NCBI GenBank assembly: GCA_011523765.1
Contig: WTGA01000163.1
Span: 9,100 to 73,099, forward strand
Length of the DNA: 64,000 nucleotides
Reading direction: 5' to 3'
Source: Gammaproteobacteria bacterium
GTDB taxonomy: Bacteria; Pseudomonadota; Gammaproteobacteria; Arenicellales; Poriferihabitantaceae
Positions 54,293 through 62,818 of this stretch are shown here, piece after piece (position 1 is the stretch's first letter; each line of letters starts with the position of its first letter). Both the position numbers and the translations under genes were made by a program. The notes beneath the pieces are model-generated. The model did no database searches. It saw nothing but the letters and a program-made list of their open reading frames with translations, and was not told the DNA's origin.

Positions 54293-55444
54293 GTGCCCAA
54301 CAAGACTGCCACCACAGACCAGCTGCTGGACCAACTCAAAAAGCTGGCGGAAATGCCCCTGAACCAGGCCACCTCACTGCCCAGCAGTGTATATGTTTCG
54401 GAGGACTTCCTGCGCCTGGAAGAACAGGAAATTTTTTACAAACAGTGGATTTGCGCCGGGCGTGCCGACGTGATTCCCAATCCCGGGGACTACCTGACCC
54501 ACCACCTCGCCTACCAGCCGGTGACGGTCATGCGCCAGAAATCCGGGGAAATCAAGGCGTACTCGAATGTTTGCCTGCACCGGATGATGCGGTTGCTGGA
54601 AAACCGGGGACATTGTGAAAAGATAGTCTGCCCCTATCATGGATGGACGTATGATATTGAAGGGAAGCTGATCGGGGCCCCCCACATGCATGAAAACCCC
54701 CACTTCAAGGCCAGTGACTACGTGTTGCCTCCCATACGCAGTGAAATCTGGGAAGGATGGATTTACCTCACCCTGGACCAGGACATTCCTCCCGTCAAGG
54801 AACAGCTTTCCAGCCTGCAGGAAATCGTCCGCAATTACCGGATGGCCGGATACCAGCATGTCGTCCAGCAGGATTACGAGTGGGTCGGCAACTGGAAACA
54901 GCTGGTGGAAAACTTTATTGAGGGGTATCACCTGCCGGTCACCCACAGTACCACGGTGGGCGAACACCTGACGGTGGGCGAGACCCGGTTTCCCGAAAAT
55001 CCGCACCACCCCATCTTCACCTACCAGACCTTTACCAAAGCTTATGGTGCCCGGATCGGACGGGCCCATGAAAACAATACGACATTGACCCAGGAACAGC
55101 GAAACACGTCCATGTTGATTGGCGTATTCCCCACCCACCTCTTTGTACTGGCCCCGGACCATTTGTGGTATATTTCGATCCAACCCAAGGGGACCGGGCA
55201 GATCTACATCCGGTACGGCTCTGCCATCGCACCTGAAGTCCTGGCCGCCAGCCAGAACCGGGAACTGCTGATCAACGAGGTCAGCGACATCCTGGACCAG
55301 GTCAATGAAGAAGACCGGATCATTATCGAAGGCCTGTACAAAGGGGCGAATGCCCCGCTCAGCAAGCCGGGATTGTTGTGCTGGCTCGAACAACAGAATC
55401 ATGAATTTATCCAGTACCTTGCCAAGCATCTTTGCAAATCATGA
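54293..55444 (+). CDS. Rieske [2Fe-2S] non-haem iron oxygenase, alpha-subunit type (GbcA/CntA/Stc2-like)
   Basis: The Rieske motif is CLHRMMRL..CPYHGWTY and the iron motif is NFIEGYHLPVTHS. The start is uncertain: I chose the GTG at 54293, the ATG at 54353 is possible, and the track's GTG at 54152 leaves no promoter space. Confidence 0.8.
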   Translation: MPNKTATTDQLLDQLKKLAEMPLNQATSLPSSVYVSEDFLRLEEQEIFYKQWICAGRADVIPNPGDYLTHHLAYQPVTVMRQKSGEIKAYSNVCLHRMMRLLENRGHCEKIVCPYHGWTYDIEGKLIGAPHMHENPHFKASDYVLPPIRSEIWEGWIYLTLDQDIPPVKEQLSSLQEIVRNYRMAGYQHVVQQDYEWVGNWKQLVENFIEGYHLPVTHSTTVGEHLTVGETRFPENPHHPIFTYQTFTKAYGARIGRAHENNTTLTQEQRNTSMLIGVFPTHLFVLAPDHLWYISIQPKGTGQIYIRYGSAIAPEVLAASQNRELLINEVSDILDQVNEEDRIIIEGLYKGANAPLSKPGLLCWLEQQNHEFIQYLAKHLCKS

Positions 55445-55595
55445 ATCCGTCGCACGCACTGCCCGGGGCAACCGTGCAGACATGACTACGCACGGTCCCG
55501 TTGGGAATACGGTGCAGGCTTCAGGTTCCCGTCCCGCCGAACCACTCCCGCAGTGTCCAGGCCAAGCCGGGAAGCCGGTACCCATTGAGCCAAAT

Positions 55596-55617
55596 GGTTT
55601 CCCGGAACCGGGAAACC
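55596..55617. other. Perfect 22-nt palindrome GGTTTCCCGGAACCGGGAAACC between Rieske and binding-protein genes
   Basis: I read this directly from the sequence. It could be an intercistronic hairpin or a protein-binding site. Confidence 0.4.
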
Positions 55618-55712
55618 GGCACCAAACGATCCCATTGGCTGCAGTGTCCGGTTTGCGGCCTGGCCGCCTCCGGGGCGTTTCCCTGCCTGCCAGGTCCCGG
55701 CGGAGAATTTTC

Positions 55713-56711
55713 ATGAAGAACCTGGTTTCCCTGGCCACTCTGGGGTTCTTGATCCTTGGCGGTCTGGCCTCACCGTTGGCGCAGGCAGACCAGGTGACGC
55801 TACAGCTCAAGTGGGTCACTCAGGCCCAATTTGCCGGTTATTACATCGCTCTCGACAAAGGCTTCTACTCGCAGGAGGGCCTTGAGGTCACCATTGAACC
55901 GGGCGGGCCGGATGTGGCCGCGATACCGGCCATTGCGGATGGCCATGCCGATGTCATCGTTGAATGGATGCCACCGGCACTGGCGGCGAGAGAACGGGGG
56001 ATTGCGCTGGTGAATATTGCACAGCCGTTCAAATCGTCCGGCATGATGCTGGTCTGCCGGAAGGGCGCGGGGGTGGCCACCAGCGCCGACTTTCGCGGCA
56101 AGAAAATCGCGGTCTGGTTTTCCGGCAGTGAATACCCGTTTCTGAACTGGATGAGCCAACTGGGCATTCCGGTCACGGGGGGACCGGATGGAGTCGAAAT
56201 GCTCCGGCAGGATTTCAGTATTGACGCACTTCTGCAAAAGCAGGTGGCCTGTATTTCCGCCATGTCATACAACGAATTCCTGCAGGTCATGGATGCGGGT
56301 GTGCCACCGGAGGAACTCGTGACGCTCCGGTACGAGGAACAGGGTGTCGCGACGCTTGAAGACGGACTGTATGTCCTGGAGGAACGGCTTGATGATCCTG
56401 CCTTCCGGGACCGGATGGTTCGTTTCGTACGCGCATCCCTGCGAGGCTGGAGATTTGCCGTGCAGCATCCCGAAGAAGCGGTCCGGATCATCCTTGACAA
56501 CGACTCGACCGGCACTCGGACCGAAAGGCACCAGACACGCATGATGCGCGAGGTCGCCCGCCTGGTGGCGGGAACGGACGGGTCCCTTGACCCGGCCGAT
56601 TACCAGCGAACGGTGGCCACTTTGCTGGCGGGCGATTCGGACCCGGTGATCACCCGGGAACCGGAAAGTGCCTGGACTCACGAGGTTACGGATGAGGCCC
56701 TGGACTACTGA
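55713..56711 (+). CDS. ABC transporter periplasmic substrate-binding protein (NMT1/THI5-like, NitT/TauT family)
   Basis: It has a signal peptide (MKNLVSLATLGFLILGGLASPLAQA) and the hallmark sequence LQLKWVTQAQFAGYYIALDKGFY. The track ORF start at 55305 is an upstream extension. Confidence 0.85.
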   Translation: MKNLVSLATLGFLILGGLASPLAQADQVTLQLKWVTQAQFAGYYIALDKGFYSQEGLEVTIEPGGPDVAAIPAIADGHADVIVEWMPPALAARERGIALVNIAQPFKSSGMMLVCRKGAGVATSADFRGKKIAVWFSGSEYPFLNWMSQLGIPVTGGPDGVEMLRQDFSIDALLQKQVACISAMSYNEFLQVMDAGVPPEELVTLRYEEQGVATLEDGLYVLEERLDDPAFRDRMVRFVRASLRGWRFAVQHPEEAVRIILDNDSTGTRTERHQTRMMREVARLVAGTDGSLDPADYQRTVATLLAGDSDPVITREPESAWTHEVTDEALDY

Positions 56712-57180
56712 TTCCCGGGCTGTTCAGGATACCCGGGCAAGGCGGCCGGAGGTCTGTACGCGTTCCGGTCAAGAAGCACCCCCGTCACGATAGCGCGATT
56801 GCCTGCCCGCCTGGACAGTGTCCGGAACCATCAAATCCCGCAAACCGCGGTGGAGCCCGGCCACACCCGGTGCGTGCTGCAAAATACAGTCGTCAGGATT
56901 TTTCTGCAACCCCGCTGCATCGGGCAGCCCGGGTCCCCGGATTCCATCCGCGGCATACCCGTTTCCCGGTCTGCGTTTCACCAGATATTGCTCCGGCCAA
57001 ACGGGTTGCTTGTCCGGCCGGTTTCGGTATCCTCCCGGCAACGGATGAAATTCCTTTTCCTGTCCGGCTTCCAGCGGTACCGAATGAGGATGGCTGGCAC
57101 AGCTCTGACCCGTTTCCACCGGAACCGCATCCAATGAATGCGATGCGACCCGCAATTTCAGCCCAGACGGCCATGGCAGC

Positions 57181-58119
57181 ATGGACATAAGCAAATTGTC
57201 CAGGGCCCAGGGCTGCCTGCTTGGACAGCTTTCCGGCGATGCACTGGGCAGCCTGGTTGAATTCGAGACCCCGGATGACATCCGCCACCGCTATCCCGGG
57301 GGGGTCCGGAAAATGGCAGACGGCGGAACATGGAATACCCTGGCCGGCCAACCCACTGATGATTCGGAAATGGCATTGCTGCTCGCCCGGATGCTGGCCA
57401 AAGACCGGAACTACCGGCCGGAAACCGCCCTGGGTGCCTATCAGTACTGGCTCAGCACCGGACCCTTTGACTGCGGCCTGACGATCTCAGCCGGCCTGCA
57501 GGGCCATCCCAATCCATCCAGCCAGGCCAATGGTGCACTGATGCGAATCAGTCCACTGGGAATCTTCGGGGCCAACCATGGATTGAAGCAGACTGCGGAC
57601 TGGGCCAGGCAGGATGCTGCGCTGACCCATCCCCACCCGGTCTGCCTGCAGGCCAATGCCCTGTTTGCCATGGCCATCGCCCATGCCATCCGGGTTCCGA
57701 TGGAACCGGATGGGCTGTACCGGATGCTGCTGGCCTGGGCAAAGGAGATGCAGGTCGATGAGGCATTGCTGGCGGCGATGGAAACTGCTGCGTCAGCTCC
57801 TCCGGATGACTATGTCCACCAACAGGGCTGGGTGCTGATCGCATTCCAGAATGCCCTCTACCAGCTGCTCCACGCCCCGGACCTTGAAGAAGGGGTGGTG
57901 GAGACCATCATGCAGGGCGGCGACACCGATACCAATGCGGCGATTTGCGGGGCACTGCTGGGGGCGGTATACGACCGGGAAGCGATTCCGACACCATGGC
58001 TTGACTGCCTGCTGGACTGTCGTCCGGGAGCCTGGAACCCGCAGGTGTTCCATCCCCGTCCGGAATGCTTCTGGCCGGTCGATGCCCTGGCCCTTGCTGA
58101 ACAACTGGTCAGGGATTGA
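57181..58119 (+). CDS. ADP-ribosylglycohydrolase family protein
   Basis: It contains the motifs GCLLGQLSGDALG, TDDSEMAL and GGDTDTNAAICGALLGA. Confidence 0.85.
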   Translation: MDISKLSRAQGCLLGQLSGDALGSLVEFETPDDIRHRYPGGVRKMADGGTWNTLAGQPTDDSEMALLLARMLAKDRNYRPETALGAYQYWLSTGPFDCGLTISAGLQGHPNPSSQANGALMRISPLGIFGANHGLKQTADWARQDAALTHPHPVCLQANALFAMAIAHAIRVPMEPDGLYRMLLAWAKEMQVDEALLAAMETAASAPPDDYVHQQGWVLIAFQNALYQLLHAPDLEEGVVETIMQGGDTDTNAAICGALLGAVYDREAIPTPWLDCLLDCRPGAWNPQVFHPRPECFWPVDALALAEQLVRD

Positions 58120-58452
58120 CCTTGCTCATGCCGGAACCGCTGCCCGCGGCGGCCGAACACAGGGTTTCGAAAACCCGGTCCTGCGGGGCCTGCCCCACAA
58201 GATGCCGGAACGGAACCAGGCCGGGCCATACCGGAGCATGCGGTCCCGAAATGAATGCCGATCCGGCGCACAGGCACTTCTGATTTCATACGCCGGGATT
58301 CTCCGGGCGCAATAAAAATATTTCGATAATGGTTCAGATATATCCTATATTTATTTGATTAATAGATATAATAACAAACCTTCATATCCCGATTTTCTCC
58401 AAAACACACTGATCATTTCCTGGTTCATGACCAACCGGGCTCCCCGGACCCA

Positions 58453-59238
58453 TTACGGGGTCAACCCAGGACGGGTCGCTCCCCTCAACCTGCGGTCCAG
58501 GCCGTCCAGACCGTTTTCCAGCACTTCCAGCAGACCGGCATCCCGGTGATGACCGAGCAGCTGGGTGTTCAGGCCGCCCTTGGTGGACAGGTCTTTCATC
58601 GCCTCCACAAACCGCTCTTTCCCGTCTTTTTGCAGGCTGCCCAGATAGCCGGAAACCAGGGAGGCAACATAGATTTCAGCATCCTCAGGATTGCCGGCTT
58701 TCGATTCCAGCCACCTGCGGGTACAGTCCAGTTGTGCCATCAGCACGGAAAGGATGGCGGTGGCGGCGAAATGCGGTCCCATGTCCTCTTCCGAGGATTG
58801 GGGAATAATGGTGTTTTCCTGACCGAACAGAACCTCCAGAATGCGGGACCGGGGATACACCGGCAACGGGCATCCGCCGGTTTCAATAAAGGGCAGTGGT
58901 ATGGTCACACAAGGGTGTTGGGCGGGCGCAATCAGTTCACTGACTTCCGGCAGCCCGATGTCCGCCATGACGGAAATTACCTGCTGTCCGTCCCGGAAGA
59001 CCAACCCGGGCAAAATCTCCCTGGCCACCCCGGCCAGGAGACTGAGTACCACGATCTCGGAGCGGTCCAGCACCCACTGATTGTTTCCGACTGAGACGTT
59101 ACGGAACGATTTCGACAACCGGCGGGTCGTGGACTCCGAGCGTTTCGACAGTGCAATGCGGGCATCCGGGAAATTCCGGCAAAGAGAGCGAACCATTGGT
59201 TCGGCAATCAACCCGCAACCGAGAAACCCGATATTCAT
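58453..59238 (-). CDS. Pyrroline-5-carboxylate reductase-like NAD(P)-dependent oxidoreductase
   Basis: It has an N-terminal Rossmann motif (MNIGFLGCGLIA) and a ProC-type C-terminal dimerisation region (STKGGLNTQLL). Confidence 0.7.
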   Translation of the reverse strand: MNIGFLGCGLIAEPMVRSLCRNFPDARIALSKRSESTTRRLSKSFRNVSVGNNQWVLDRSEIVVLSLLAGVAREILPGLVFRDGQQVISVMADIGLPEVSELIAPAQHPCVTIPLPFIETGGCPLPVYPRSRILEVLFGQENTIIPQSSEEDMGPHFAATAILSVLMAQLDCTRRWLESKAGNPEDAEIYVASLVSGYLGSLQKDGKERFVEAMKDLSTKGGLNTQLLGHHRDAGLLEVLENGLDGLDRRLRGATRPGLTP

Positions 59239-59503
59239 CCTGAAGCGTCCCGGGAAGGCGGCCTCCCCTGCCCGGAGTCATTGGGACCGCACAGACCGGT
59301 AGCGGAGACGGCAGCGAAGGATGGGATGTTCCGCCCCGGTTTACCGGCTGAAGCCGGGAAGCACAACGGTATCGTTGGCAGTACCCCACGGAGAACACCG
59401 GGATCCATGCACCGGGAGGCCGGCGACTTTCCGTGCAACGTGAATTTGACGGGTCGAAGGCCCATCGGGCGGTTGACGCCGGGCGGGATGAGTCCGGGAT
59501 CTT

Positions 59504-61294
59504 TCATGGAGGCATTCCGGGTTGCCGGTTTTTCCCGGTTTGCGCCAGCTCGGCCAGGCAAGGGACCGCATCGTGAAAATGACGGCAGACCACCGCTCCC
59601 AATGCCTCCAGATCGGATGTCACATCCCGGGGCAGCGAGGTGTCGGTTTCCGCGGGGATTTCATTGAGCCGTCCTCCAATCAATACGGGAATGTCCGTCC
59701 CGGCCTCCATCAGTTCGTCCTTCAGCTGCTGGAAATAGGTCAGCGCCACCCCGTTGTATGTGCTCAATGCGATGGCATCCGCATCCCGGTTCTCTGCAGT
59801 TTTTGCCAGGGTGCGGGGGTCCGTGGAAACTCCGCCGTCAATTACCGAAATGCCCAGTCTCCCGAAGATCCCCTCGATCAGCATCTTCCCGTGTTCGTGC
59901 ACATCCGTGGTCGCGACAATGATCTTCAAACGACTGCCCGACAGCTGGTTCGAGTCAAAACCTTCCAGCCTTTCCAGGTTCCGCTCCACGGCCCGGTCAA
60001 TGGAGCGGACAGTGTCGGACAGGACAATGGAACACCGCTTCCTCATACCGGGGTCAAACCGGCCGGGGCCGTACAGCTGTTCGAGTTTTTTCCCTCCGAT
60101 CCGGCGGATGGCCAGAAACATTTCCAATGGATCATGGATATCGATTCCACCGTCTTCGAAGCCGGCCATCAGGTTGTTCTTGAACTGTTGCGCCCCGGCA
60201 ACCAGCCTCTCCACGGTGTGATCCACCTCGGAGCTGTCGGTAACGGGTTGAAATGCAAGGCTTTGCTCGACCATCCGGTGTGCAAACAACTGTGCATCGA
60301 CGATTTCGCCGATATCCGGGATGCGCTGGTTTTCGGTCACCGGCACCGGATTGATGGCATGGCCACTTGGGGTTTCTCGCTGGGCCTGGATGTCCACCAG
60401 CAGATAGCCGGCCAGGCTGGCATAGTTCTGCGCGTCAGTCCCCTGGTATGCCACGGTATTACCGTACACCATGGTTCCCGGCCGGTGACTGATTCGGGAC
60501 AGGGCCTTGTGAAAGGCATGCCGCACGACAGGCGTGCTGTAGTGATGCCCGTAGCAGTGCGACACCGTTCCTCCGAGCAGGTCTTCAACCAGGTAGGTCT
60601 CGATGAGCACGATACCCAGTGCACAGGCCAGATCCTGAAATACGGCCGCAAACCCGTCATCGAGGTTGGAATGCACCAGCACCTCGGCAGGTTGTGCCGC
60701 CATCAGCGCCAGGGCGGAAATCGTCGATGCCGTCGTCGTGACATCCTCCTCCCAGTTGGGCAGCCGGAAGGTGAAATACTGGCCGAGATTGCCAATGCTG
60801 GTGGCACCGGCGCTTAACGCGTGTCGGGTGTTCTCCAGTGCCGCCGGGAATCCGAGTACAAAATCGCCGTAGTGGGAGGCGACCGGCGCCGCATTGCTCA
60901 GTGAGACAAAATCCTCCGTCTTTTCAAGTATCAGGCCGGTTCCCTTCATCCGGCTTTTCCGGATTTTTTCGGGAAACCCCATGGACCAGTCCAGGCAGAT
61001 CCCGTACCGGTCCACGGTCACACCCCGGGCCAGGCAGCTTTCATAAATTTCCGAACAGGCGGCCAGGCTCCTGGACGGGTCCCGGTACCCGATTTGTGCA
61101 TGCTGCATGATTCGCCCGGAACGGATATGGAACCGCTTGTATTCGGCTTCGCTGCTGCATCCATTGGCCTGCAGAAACTCGGAATGCCCGATGCCCCAGG
61201 TCTTCGCCAGCGCTTTGCCGCGATCAATGAATTCCCGGGAGTCGGGCAATTCGGGTTCGGGAAATACTGCCGACCGGACAATGGGATCGATCAT
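59504..61294 (-). CDS. Cobalamin-binding mutase-like protein (large N-terminal domain + C-terminal B12-binding domain)
   Basis: The C-terminal Rossmann domain has the canonical DxHxxG (TTDVHEHGK), followed by ALSTYNG and VLIGG. The N-terminal ~450 aa only loosely resembles glutamate mutase E-type barrels. I placed the start at the ATG at 61294, which has a GGGGAGA SD. Confidence 0.65.
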   Translation of the reverse strand: MIDPIVRSAVFPEPELPDSREFIDRGKALAKTWGIGHSEFLQANGCSSEAEYKRFHIRSGRIMQHAQIGYRDPSRSLAACSEIYESCLARGVTVDRYGICLDWSMGFPEKIRKSRMKGTGLILEKTEDFVSLSNAAPVASHYGDFVLGFPAALENTRHALSAGATSIGNLGQYFTFRLPNWEEDVTTTASTISALALMAAQPAEVLVHSNLDDGFAAVFQDLACALGIVLIETYLVEDLLGGTVSHCYGHHYSTPVVRHAFHKALSRISHRPGTMVYGNTVAYQGTDAQNYASLAGYLLVDIQAQRETPSGHAINPVPVTENQRIPDIGEIVDAQLFAHRMVEQSLAFQPVTDSSEVDHTVERLVAGAQQFKNNLMAGFEDGGIDIHDPLEMFLAIRRIGGKKLEQLYGPGRFDPGMRKRCSIVLSDTVRSIDRAVERNLERLEGFDSNQLSGSRLKIIVATTDVHEHGKMLIEGIFGRLGISVIDGGVSTDPRTLAKTAENRDADAIALSTYNGVALTYFQQLKDELMEAGTDIPVLIGGRLNEIPAETDTSLPRDVTSDLEALGAVVCRHFHDAVPCLAELAQTGKNRQPGMPP

Positions 61295-61304
61295 GCGGTC
61301 TCCC

Positions 61305-62459
61305 CTATTCGCACAACCGGTCCAGCAACCGGCCCAGAAACGCATCGCAGCGCGCCAGCTGGGCGCGGCTGACAAATTCATCCGGTTTGTGCCCCTGTTC
61401 CATGGAGCCCGGGCCGCACACTACGGTCGGAAGACCCAGGCGTGTCCGGAACAACCCCCCTTCCGTTCCGAAATCCAGCTTGACGGGATGGTCAGTTTGG
61501 GCCAGCCCGCGAACAAAGGCCACCTCCTCCTCCTCTGCCGCCGTGTCCAGTGAAGGATAGGTGTTGAAGATTTCCAGCTCGATGCCCGCTTGGGGGAAGC
61601 GCGCTGAATACCGAGCGGTAATCTCATTGGCCAGATTCTCAATCCGGTCCATGATTTCCACCGGGTCATCCGAGGCAAGGTTCCGGATTTCAAACCTGAA
61701 CTCGCACCGTCGTGGAATGATGTTCAGTGCCGTGCCGCCCTCGATGGTCCCGACATGCAAGGTGGTGTACGGAACACTATACATCCCGTCCCTTGCACGG
61801 TTGGCCCGGATTTCCGACTGGATTGCCCGGATTCCCTGGATCATCTCGGTCGCCAGATAAATGGCATTCAAGCCGTTGGCAGACATGGCGGAATGAGCTT
61901 CCACCCCCCGGCATCGACAGACCACGGCCGTTTTCCCCTTGTGGGCAATCGCCACCTCCAGGGAAGTGGGCTCGCCTATGATGCAAAATCCCGGTTGTTG
62001 TGGAGCCGTTTCCAGCATGTCAATCATTCTGCGCACCCCCACACATCCGATTTCCTCGTCATAGGAAAACGCCAGATGGACGGGGTGTTTCAAATGCCGC
62101 GCCCGGGCCCCGGGAATCATGGCCAGTACCGAGGCAATGAACCCTTTCATGTCCGTCGTGCCCCGTCCGTACAGGCGATCGCCTTTCCGGGTCATGCGGA
62201 ACGGATCCACTGTCCAGTCCTGGCCATCCGTGGGCACGACATCGGTGTGCCCGGAAAGCATGACACCTCCTGTACTTCCCGGCCCGAATACGGCATACAG
62301 GTTGGCCTTGGTCTGCTCCTCGTTGAACGTCAGGACCGATTCGATATCCATCTTTGCCAGATAGGATTCGATATACCGGATCATCTCCAAGTTGCTGTCC
62401 CGACTAACCGTCGGAAAGGCAACCAGCTTTCCCAGAATGTGCTCAGTCTCGGTCACCAC
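61305..62459 (-). CDS. M20-family metallohydrolase (acetylornithine deacetylase ArgE-like)
   Basis: It contains SGHTDVVP and GRGTTDMKG motifs. The start is probably one of the two GTG codons at 62459/62456. Confidence 0.8.
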   Translation of the reverse strand: MVTETEHILGKLVAFPTVSRDSNLEMIRYIESYLAKMDIESVLTFNEEQTKANLYAVFGPGSTGGVMLSGHTDVVPTDGQDWTVDPFRMTRKGDRLYGRGTTDMKGFIASVLAMIPGARARHLKHPVHLAFSYDEEIGCVGVRRMIDMLETAPQQPGFCIIGEPTSLEVAIAHKGKTAVVCRCRGVEAHSAMSANGLNAIYLATEMIQGIRAIQSEIRANRARDGMYSVPYTTLHVGTIEGGTALNIIPRRCEFRFEIRNLASDDPVEIMDRIENLANEITARYSARFPQAGIELEIFNTYPSLDTAAEEEEVAFVRGLAQTDHPVKLDFGTEGGLFRTRLGLPTVVCGPGSMEQGHKPDEFVSRAQLARCDAFLGRLLDRLCE

Positions 62460-62650
62460 AGGGCACGCTAAAGCGGTCCGACCGACGGGTCGCGTTGATC
62501 CGGAACCGGGCGGGGGAAATGGACGCATTCCCGGCGGGAACCGCCCTGTTGCACCGGAAACGGAAAGATTTCTTCCTGAACAATCGAGAAAGCCAATGCG
62601 GTTACCGGGCCTGATCCGGTTCTTTCAGCTCTTCCGGAGTCCGGAACATC

Positions 62651-62676
62651 GCTGCCGGCCACTGCTGCCGGCCACT
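62651..62676. repeat. Perfect tandem duplication of a 13-nt unit (GCTGCCGGCCACT x2)
   Basis: I read this directly from the sequence. It lies in the 360-nt spacer between the M20 gene and sppA. Confidence 0.8.
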
Positions 62677-62818
62677 GTTGGACCACCCACGCGTAGACGA
62701 CTCTCCCGGGGTCCCGGTTCATCCCGGTGAACCCGTCCACCCGTCCCGGCCGGGCCAAAACAGGAATCTTCCGGCCCACCGGTCCAGGTTGCAGTTCCAA
62801 GGAATACGCTCCAATGGG

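Noticed and set aside
56769-57281. 170-aa minus-strand ORF in the 469-nt spacer before the ADP-ribosylglycohydrolase gene (HPHSVPLEAGQ.. vaguely cupin/dioxygenase-like)
   Set aside because: It overlaps the ADP-ribosylglycohydrolase start and has a P/G/R-rich tail and no clear motif. It could be a gene remnant, but I cannot support it.
59522-60817. 431-aa plus-strand ORF. The same reasoning applies to 54374-55429, 35358-36599, 22251-23378, 20574-21707, 52496-53503, 62678-63790, 50828-51793 and 11937-12716.
   Set aside because: All are antisense to confidently assigned genes and have biased, non-protein-like composition.
62460-62818. Cobalamin riboswitch upstream of the B12-binding-protein operon (also checked 59239-59503)
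   Set aside because: GCCACTG strings exist only on the plus strand, while the operon is on the minus strand. The GGGAA..GGTG..AA..CC core does not precede them in the required order. Nothing riboswitch-like was seen in the 59239-59503 spacer.
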